From NCBI GenBank assembly GCA_963708185.1, contig OY970195.1:256001-320000 (forward strand): a DNA stretch of 64,000 nt. The letters run 5' to 3'. Both the position numbers and the translations under genes were made by a program. Numbering within the stretch: the stretch's first letter is position 1; each line of letters begins with the position of its first letter. Positions 57,556 through 64,000 of this stretch are shown here, piece by piece. Below the pieces are notes generated by a model, which saw only the letters and a program-made list of their open reading frames with translations, was not told where the DNA came from and made no database searches. Origin of the DNA: Candidatus Peregrinibacteria bacterium. Lineage in GTDB: Bacteria > Patescibacteriota > Gracilibacteria > UBA1369.

Positions 57556-59583
57556 CTAGCTGGAAGATATCGGGTCCACATCGATCCTGATCCCGATGTC
57601 GTTCCAGGCTTCCGGACTGTTTTTGTGCGCTCGTTTGAGCAGGAGGGAGGGATTGTTTCCGGTCAGCAGGATGTTCCAGCGGTATTTGTTTTGCAGTTTA
57701 TGGATGAACGCGGGATACATGGCCACGGTTGTCGGCATGTTGTTGAGTTCCGGCGACGTGTTTTCACGATTGAGGATTTCGAAAAGTTCTTTGGCCGTCT
57801 GGCGGGCTTTTTCGTCTTTGGCGTGAACGACGGTTATTTTGACAAGTTTACTGAAGGGAGGGTAATTGAAGGCCTTACGGATTTTCATCTCCTCTTCAAA
57901 AAATCCTTCGTAATCATGGGCCGCCGAAGCACGGATGGCGTAATGGTCGGGAAGATAAGTCTGGATGATGACTTCGCCCGTCGACCCCTGACGCCCGGCT
58001 CTCCCGGCGACCTGGGTGATGATTTGAAAGGTTCGTTCTGCACTGCGGAAGTCCGGTATGGTCAAGCTGAGATCGGCGAGGACGACGCCGACGAGATTCA
58101 CCTGGGGAAGATGCAACCCCTTGCCGATCATTTGCGTCCCAATGAGGATGTCGGCCTGGTGGTGTTTAAAAGCGTTGTAAATTTCGAGAAAGCTGTCGCG
58201 GTGGAGGATGGTGTCTCGATCGGCTCTGAGTATACGGGCCTTGGGGTAGTTTTGCATGGCAGTTTCTTGGATTTTTTGCGTCCCGAGGCCGATGTAACGA
58301 ATAAACGTGCTTCCGCATGCTGGACAGACTACTGGGACGTTTTTGATCTTTCCGCAGTGATGGCAGATCAGCCGTTCCGCCGGGAGGTTGATGTTTTCAA
58401 CGGAGAGGTGTTTATGGTAGGTCATGGCGACGTCGCATTGTTCGCACTTTTCAATATGTCCGCACTCGCGGCACAGCACTGCCGATGCAGCCCCTCGACG
58501 GTTTAGAAATAAGATAATCTGTTCGTGCTGTTCAATTTTTTTATTCATTGTTTCCGTGAGAGTGTCACTGAAGATGGAGTAGTTTTTTTTCTTCATTTCA
58601 TCACGAAGATCGACGATGGTTACCCGGGGAAGGGACGTGGGGCCTGAGTGCTGGATGCGCTGTTTCAGTTCGACCAGTTCATAGTTCCCGAGCTTGGCCT
58701 GATAATAGCTTTCAAATGATGGTGTCGCGCTGCCAAGGATAACCTTGATGTCGAGAAGTTTTGCCATTTGCTGGGCGACCTCCGTGGCGTGGTAACGGGG
58801 TGACTGGTCCTGTTTATAGGAAGGTTCGTGCTCTTCGTCGAGAATCACCGCTCCGAGGTTTTGAAACGGTGCAAAAAGTGCCGATCGGGACCCGATGATG
58901 ATCTTGGTTTCCCCGTGGAAGATACGGTACCAGTAGTCTTCTTTCTGTTTGGAGGTCAGCTGGCTGTGGAGGATGGCGATATTGTCTCCGAACTCTTGTT
59001 GGAAGTTATGGAATGTCTGAGGGGTCAGCGTGATTTCAGGAACGAGAATGAGTATCTGCCGGTCCTTTTTGAGTGCGTTTTCAGCAATGCGTCGGTAGAT
59101 TTCGGTTTTGCCCGAACCCGTGATGCCGTGGAGGAGAATCGTCTGTTTTTCGGTTTTGAAGATAGAATCGACCGCGTTTTCCTGATCTTTGGTCAGGGTA
59201 AGTTTTTTGTGGGTTTCAACCTCGGTTTCTTCCAGAGGGATCCACTCGTGAAGTTTCTTTTTCTTGGTGATGCTTGCCGGGAAAAAGAGCTTCAGGACCT
59301 TGTATGGAGGGCAAAAATAGTAATCGCTCATCCAAAAAAGCAGTTTCACCTGCCAGGGGCGAAGGTGAGGTGCTTTGGCGGCGATATCGAGGATTTCTTT
59401 GGTTTGGTAGCTCGGTTCGTGATCGTGGAATTTCGCAATGATGCCGCGAGTTTTACGGTTTCTCAGTTGGATTTCGACGATACTGCCAAGATCCACGCTC
59501 GAGCTGAGGGATTCTGGAATTTTGTAAGTCAAAGTGTCCTTGTCTTTTCCTACTTTTTGATCGAGGAGGACTTCTGCGTACAT
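57556..59583 (-). CDS. priA: Primosomal protein N'
   Basis: LHGITGSGKTEIY, DEEHEPSYKQ, LNRRG, four CxxC, GTQMIGKG, QVAGRAGR, IDVDP. Confidence 0.98.
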   Translation of the reverse strand: MYAEVLLDQKVGKDKDTLTYKIPESLSSSVDLGSIVEIQLRNRKTRGIIAKFHDHEPSYQTKEILDIAAKAPHLRPWQVKLLFWMSDYYFCPPYKVLKLFFPASITKKKKLHEWIPLEETEVETHKKLTLTKDQENAVDSIFKTEKQTILLHGITGSGKTEIYRRIAENALKKDRQILILVPEITLTPQTFHNFQQEFGDNIAILHSQLTSKQKEDYWYRIFHGETKIIIGSRSALFAPFQNLGAVILDEEHEPSYKQDQSPRYHATEVAQQMAKLLDIKVILGSATPSFESYYQAKLGNYELVELKQRIQHSGPTSLPRVTIVDLRDEMKKKNYSIFSDTLTETMNKKIEQHEQIILFLNRRGAASAVLCRECGHIEKCEQCDVAMTYHKHLSVENINLPAERLICHHCGKIKNVPVVCPACGSTFIRYIGLGTQKIQETAMQNYPKARILRADRDTILHRDSFLEIYNAFKHHQADILIGTQMIGKGLHLPQVNLVGVVLADLSLTIPDFRSAERTFQIITQVAGRAGRQGSTGEVIIQTYLPDHYAIRASAAHDYEGFFEEEMKIRKAFNYPPFSKLVKITVVHAKDEKARQTAKELFEILNRENTSPELNNMPTTVAMYPAFIHKLQNKYRWNILLTGNNPSLLLKRAHKNSPEAWNDIGIRIDVDPISSS

Positions 59584-59674
59584 GGAATTTTCTTTATAAA
59601 TGAGTGGTTTCACTATAGGTTTCGACGTGGAAAAGTCAATAAAGCTGGTAAAAAATTTACGTTTCGGTTAATAC

Positions 59675-59702
59675 TTGACAAATTGTTTAAAATATGTAAA
59701 AT
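59675..59702 (+). promoter_or_regulatory. Putative sigma70 promoter
   Basis: TTGACA-N16-TAAAAT in an AT-rich gap before ATG 59727. Confidence 0.55.
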
Positions 59703-59726
59703 AAACATCCTTTGTTTTATCAACCT

Positions 59727-60311
59727 ATGATGCGATTTGACCAGTATTCAACCGAAGAACAGGCTCTCAAGGCTATGATCGTGGAACGGCTTGAAGGGAA
59801 GGAAGAACGTCTCTTAAAGATGTTTATTCAACACGGACCTGAAGCCCTGCGCGAGAACCTTAACGTGCCAAATGATTTTGTCTGGACGGTTGTTTTTGAT
59901 CATCTGGTCTTTAACCTGGATGTCCTGAAACGCTGCGTTGAAATATTTTTCCCGTTTTTCCAGGAGTACGTTTTGAAAAACGGCCCCCAGGCTTTGCGTG
60001 AACTTTTCGGTATTCAGGATGCCCGTTATGATGGCGTTTTCGAGAAGCTCGTCGATGATCTTATTATCGCCCGTGGTCTTTTGTTTGAACACGTTCACCG
60101 TCACGTTAACGCTTACTTAAAAGCTTTGAAAGAAGGGCGGGGGAGCGATATTCGTTTCCAGCTCGGCCTGGCCAATGAAAAATACCAGCCTTTGTGGGAA
60201 GAGGTCGTCGATTTTCTTTTGGACGCCTTCACGCGTGAAAAGGTTACATCAAAACAGAAGGAGGAAACCCAAACCTTGCTTAATTTATTGCAATCCCTTC
60301 TTTCAGAGTAA
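59727..60311 (+). CDS. Hypothetical protein with three internal helical repeats
   Basis: HGPEALRENLNV / NGPQALRELFGI / GRGSDIRFQLGL units about 48-50 aa apart. Confidence 0.8.
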   Translation: MMRFDQYSTEEQALKAMIVERLEGKEERLLKMFIQHGPEALRENLNVPNDFVWTVVFDHLVFNLDVLKRCVEIFFPFFQEYVLKNGPQALRELFGIQDARYDGVFEKLVDDLIIARGLLFEHVHRHVNAYLKALKEGRGSDIRFQLGLANEKYQPLWEEVVDFLLDAFTREKVTSKQKEETQTLLNLLQSLLSE

Positions 60312-60600
60312 TCTGGAAGTAGAAATCCTTGGTCGAACCGTCGTTATGGATGATGTGGACGTGGTAAGCCACTTTGCGGTCCGGAAGGAATTTATATTTG
60401 CAGATATCGATGACCTGGGTGTCTTTCCCCAGACGTTCTTCATTCAGGTGGTTGTCGCTGTCGTCGCGTTCGCTGCGTTCAATGGCTTCGTACTGTTTTT
60501 TTGACAGGTTTTCCCAGTCTGAAGACCGGTCCGTGTAAATGTTTTTCAGTTCTTTCCAGTACTCTTTGATGCTGTCGGCGTTGATATATTCTCCTGCCAT
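60280..60600 (-). CDS. Hypothetical protein (106 aa)
   Basis: ATG-started ORF co-oriented downstream of the FAD enzyme; 32-nt convergent overlap with 59727..60311. Confidence 0.65.
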   Translation of the reverse strand: MAGEYINADSIKEYWKELKNIYTDRSSDWENLSKKQYEAIERSERDDSDNHLNEERLGKDTQVIDICKYKFLPDRKVAYHVHIIHNDGSTKDFYFQITLKEGIAIN

Positions 60601-60663
60601 AATGCGAAAAGGTTAGTTTGTTGAATGATGCCTTCCGGAGGCCGGCTTGTCAAAATTTTGGCG

Positions 60664-61847
60664 TCAATGTTTGTATTTTTCAAATACGCTGCGTACTCCA
60701 AAAAAAACGAACGTTTTGCTCAGGAACAGCCGGCTGAACATCAGTTTCGTGACGAGGGTCCTGAACCAGGGCCGGGATTTTTGTGTCGGTACGAATATTT
60801 TGGCCAGTCTTGCCGCTTCTTTTTGTTTTTTCACCACAAAGGGTTTGAGGAATTTTTCGTAGGCACTGAAGGCTTTTTCGAAGTCCCCGTGATGTTTTTT
60901 CAGCTCGTTGCTTATGACGTAAGCTCCGGTCATGGCCATGTGGGATCCCTGCCCCGCAAGGAGAGTGAGACAGCCGCAGGCGTCTCCGATGAGGGCCACA
61001 CGACCTTTATGCCATGACGGGGTGACGATCTGGGTGACAGAATCAAAAAATACCGGTTCGTTTTTTGGGAAATCTTTGAGGACTTTTTCGGCGATCCAGC
61101 CCGCTCCCTTGAACTGTCTTTTAATGAAGTCGAGTCTTTTATCGGGAGGTACGTAGCCGACATCTTTGTGCCGGAAGACGAGCGTCGCGTCCATGCGGTG
61201 TTTGTCCAAAGGATAAAAAGCGGCGACACGGTCTTTTTCCTCATAGAGTTTAAAAGATCTGCCGAGATCGTAGTTATGGTTCTCAAGATGAAACGCGGCG
61301 ACGTAATATCCCAGGAAACGGTCAAACTGCTTCTCTGGTCCAAAAAGCAGTTCTCGGATTCTGGAATGGATGCCGTCGGCTCCAAAAACCAGTGCAAAGC
61401 TGTGTTTCGTCCCGTCGTTGAAGACGACGTCGACATTATCGTCGTTTTGATGAAGTTTTTCGACGGTGGTACCGAAACGGATCTTCACGTCCTCTTTGAG
61501 GGCTCTATCATAAAGAATCCTTTCGAGGTCGGATCTGCGCAGAAAGGTATAACAATTTTTGAGGGCGTAACGAACCCGGTCGATGGGGATCTTGGCGAAT
61601 CTTTCAGCCCATCCTTGTCCACGAATTCCAGATAGTCGATGGGATAGTGAATTTTCTTGATATCGTCCAGCAGGCCCATTTTTTTTGCCGTGTCCCAGCC
61701 GCTGCCGAAGAAATCCATCATGTAGCCTTCGGTCCTCATACGGGGCGTTTTTTCGATGATGAGGGGGTCCCATCCCTGCTCCTTGAGCAGGATCCCGAGC
61801 GAAAGTCCGGCGATGCCGCCTCCCGATATCAATACTTTTTTTTCCAT
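60664..61847 (-). CDS. FAD-dependent monooxygenase/oxidoreductase (group A) with 1-nt deletion at ~61602-61604
   Basis: KVLISGGGIAG, GADGIHS, GRVALIGDA...AGQG. Adding one A gives DKDGLKRFAKIPID and joins the two ORFs (~394 aa). Confidence 0.88.
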
Positions 61848-61868
61848 GGTGATGTTTTTTTATTTAAA

Positions 61869-61945
61869 TGGTGCGCCAAGAGGGATTCGAACCCCCGACA
61901 CCCAGTTCCGAAGACTGGTGCTCTATCCAGCTGAGCTATTGGCGC
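61869..61945 (-). tRNA. tRNA-Arg (anticodon UCG)
   Basis: GCGCCAA-TA-GCTCAGCTGGATAGAGC-A-CCAGT-CTTCGGA-ACTGG-GTGTC-GGGGG-TTCGAAT-CCCTC-TTGGCGC-ACCA; full cloverleaf with encoded CCA. Confidence 0.96.
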
Positions 61946-61978
61946 TCGGCTCTTTTTATTATACATCAGTTCTTTTAA

Positions 61979-62015
61979 AAAATCCCGCTGGAACCCTGGG
62001 GTGCAGCGGGATTTT
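61979..62015 (-). terminator. Hairpin/terminator between secDF and tRNA-Arg
   Basis: AAAATCCCGCTG...CAGCGGGATTTT, with a T-run on the minus strand. Confidence 0.7.
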
Positions 62016-62035
62016 GCTTCAAGATCAAAGGGTGA

Positions 62036-64000
62036 TTACTCTTTTTTCTTTTTTTGCTTCTGTGAGTACTCCTGCCAGTCGACGAGGATCGGGGAAGCCA
62101 CGAAGATCGAGGAGTAGGTACCGGCGATGATACCTACGATCAGCGCCAGGACAAAGAAGCGGATGCTTTCGCTGCCGAAGATGGCAAGTGCGGCGAGCGT
62201 GAGGAATACCGAGAAAGAGGTGTTAATCGAGCGGGCGATGGTTTCATTGACGGCCTGATTGGCAACATCGGCGAAAGTTTCGTCGCGTTTCTGGTATTTG
62301 AGTTTTTCGCGGATACGGTCGAAGACGACGATGGTATCGTGTACAGAGAAGCCAAGCACCGTCAGCATGGCCGTGATAAACAGCGCGTCAATTTCAACCC
62401 CGAATATCACGCCAAAGTAGACGTAGATTCCGAGCATGATGCCCAGGTCGTGCAGCAGGGCCACGATGGCCGACAGACCGAATCTCCACTGTCCCACGTG
62501 GCGTGGAACCTTACGGAAGGCGAAGGCGATGTAGAGCACGATCATCAAGCTGGCGATGAGGACGGCAAAGATGGCGCGGTATCGGAGGCTTTCTCCAACG
62601 GTCGGTCCCACGGTGTTGAAGCGTGTTTCTTCGAAATCACCGAGGATTTTTTTCAGTTCCGGAATCATCTGGTCGTGGGCGTCGGAGCTGATGTGGCGGG
62701 TCTTGATGATGAAGCTGCCCTGGTCGCTCGGGACGACGTGAGGAGTTCCAATGTCGATGAGTCCGTTGCCGTCGGCGGCTGAAAGGGTCGGAGTCGTAGC
62801 GGCGGCAGCGTCGACGCTCGTAACGGTGAGGTCACCGAATTGCTGGGTCGCTCCTGAATCAGCCTGTTGCGTTGAAGGAGCGATACCGCCTTCTTTGTTG
62901 AGCTTGTCGGCGACGGTCGTGAAGGCCTGTTCAATTTGCTGAGGAGTCACATCCGTTTTGGCAAACTTGAATTCCATCAACGTTCCACCGGTGAAATCCA
63001 GGCCAAGTTTCAAGCCGAAAACAGGGATTCCGATGATGGCGAGGATGAGCAGGGTTCCGGAGATGTAGTAGGTGAGCTTGCGGTTTTTGATGATCGGAAC
63101 GAGCTTGTCTTCTTTTTTCTTCGGTGCGCCGAATAACCAGAGGTTGTTGGACAACTTGGTGTTGATCAGTGCGGCGATAAGCGTCTTGGTGACGGTGATG
63201 GCCGTAAACATCGAGACGAGAATACCCGCGGCGAGGTTGAAGGCAAAACCCTGGATGATAGAGCTTCCGAAATAGAAGAGGATGCCGCAGGTGATGAGCG
63301 ACGAGAAGTTTGAGTCGCGGATACTGCTCCAGGCGCGGTCGAACCCGATTTCAATGGCGGAAGCAAGGGTGCGCCCGTCACGGAGCTCTTCTTTGATTCT
63401 TTCAAAGATAAGAATGTTGGCGTCGACGGCCATACCGATGGAGAGGACCACGCCGGCGATACCGGCAAGAGTCATGACGATCGGGGTGGAGAGGATGAAG
63501 CTTATGAAGAAAAGGATGAAACAGGACAGCACGAGGCCGATGGCTTTTTCAGGGCCTGAATCGCGCGAGTTGATGACTTTCATTACGATGAACACGAATA
63601 TGCCGAGTGCCAGCACGATGGATACCCAGAGCGGCAGCGCCATTTTGATGAGGAAGAGCATGATCATCGAATAGACCGCGAGAGCGATTGTCGCCAGCAC
63701 GCCCGGGATGCGGTAGTACAGGATCATGAACAACGCGACGAGCAGGAAGCCGATCAGACCGGCCCATAAACTTTTCGTCAGTGCATCCTGACCGAGGGTC
63801 GCGCCGATGGTATATTGACCGGCGAGGACAATCGGAGCCGGGATGGCGCCGGTGTTGAGGTCACGGGCGAGGTTTGTTGCCTGGTCTACGGTGAAGTTTC
63901 CGGAAATCTGGGCTTTTCCTCCCGTGATTTTTTCGTTGACGACCGGGGCTGAAATGAGCTGGCCGCCGACAAAAATGGCAACCTGTTTGCCGACGTTCCT
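62036..64000 (-). CDS. secDF: Protein translocase SecDF fusion (5'-truncated by window end)
   Basis: Frame open from 64000 (RNVGKQVAIFVGGQLISAP). SecD IGMAVDANILIFERIKEE and SecF LGLDFTGGT, GFSVHDTIVVFDRIRE, GTYSSIFVA lie in one ORF. Confidence 0.96.
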   Translation of the reverse strand, partial: RNVGKQVAIFVGGQLISAPVVNEKITGGKAQISGNFTVDQATNLARDLNTGAIPAPIVLAGQYTIGATLGQDALTKSLWAGLIGFLLVALFMILYYRIPGVLATIALAVYSMIMLFLIKMALPLWVSIVLALGIFVFIVMKVINSRDSGPEKAIGLVLSCFILFFISFILSTPIVMTLAGIAGVVLSIGMAVDANILIFERIKEELRDGRTLASAIEIGFDRAWSSIRDSNFSSLITCGILFYFGSSIIQGFAFNLAAGILVSMFTAITVTKTLIAALINTKLSNNLWLFGAPKKKEDKLVPIIKNRKLTYYISGTLLILAIIGIPVFGLKLGLDFTGGTLMEFKFAKTDVTPQQIEQAFTTVADKLNKEGGIAPSTQQADSGATQQFGDLTVTSVDAAAATTPTLSAADGNGLIDIGTPHVVPSDQGSFIIKTRHISSDAHDQMIPELKKILGDFEETRFNTVGPTVGESLRYRAIFAVLIASLMIVLYIAFAFRKVPRHVGQWRFGLSAIVALLHDLGIMLGIYVYFGVIFGVEIDALFITAMLTVLGFSVHDTIVVFDRIREKLKYQKRDETFADVANQAVNETIARSINTSFSVFLTLAALAIFGSESIRFFVLALIVGIIAGTYSSIFVASPILVDWQEYSQKQKKKKE

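Noticed and set aside
60280-61945. Integrative element or prophage at tRNA-Arg
   Set aside because: No integrase and no duplicated tRNA 3' end (att site) seen.

Overview
Chromosomal segment of a reduced-genome bacterium, most consistent with Patescibacteria/CPR (Peregrinibacteria-like). This assignment is inferred from gene content: N-terminally truncated MurE, pyrH-frr-rseP without lipid genes, archaeal-type TIM and RibL, H+-PPase, and weak Shine-Dalgarno use. It uses the standard code with TGA as stop. Most of the window is housekeeping: groES-groEL under two CIRCE operators, pyrH-frr-rseP, dnaA, mltG, ybaB, rplY, hppA, rel, recO, ftsX, gatCA, holA, tpiA, hpf, murE, truB, dnaG-rpoD-greA, pyrG, trpS, priA, tRNA-Arg(UCG) and secDF. 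Five genes carry single-base indels in short homopolymers (rel, holA, a large adhesin, rpoD, an FAD monooxygenase), most likely long-read errors. The stand-out region is a four-gene minus-strand locus at 28003-39538. A 184-aa protein and a 2064-aa signal-peptide-less giant share a paralogous N-terminal leader and domain. The giant also has SH3-like/LysM-like modules and a Gly-rich amphipathic beta region. They are followed by a small membrane protein and a ~1510-aa secreted adhesin-like protein built of Cys-bracketed modules with AT-rich interiors and similar junction sequences. I infer a candidate host-attachment/effector system. Other notable items are an Lgt homolog with substituted catalytic residues, a hybrid bacterial/archaeal FAD pathway, a hydrolase-degenerate Rel broken at its NTD/CTD boundary, and a protein with tandem PilC-type N-domains. 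No CRISPR array, integrase, transposase or reverse transcriptase was seen.
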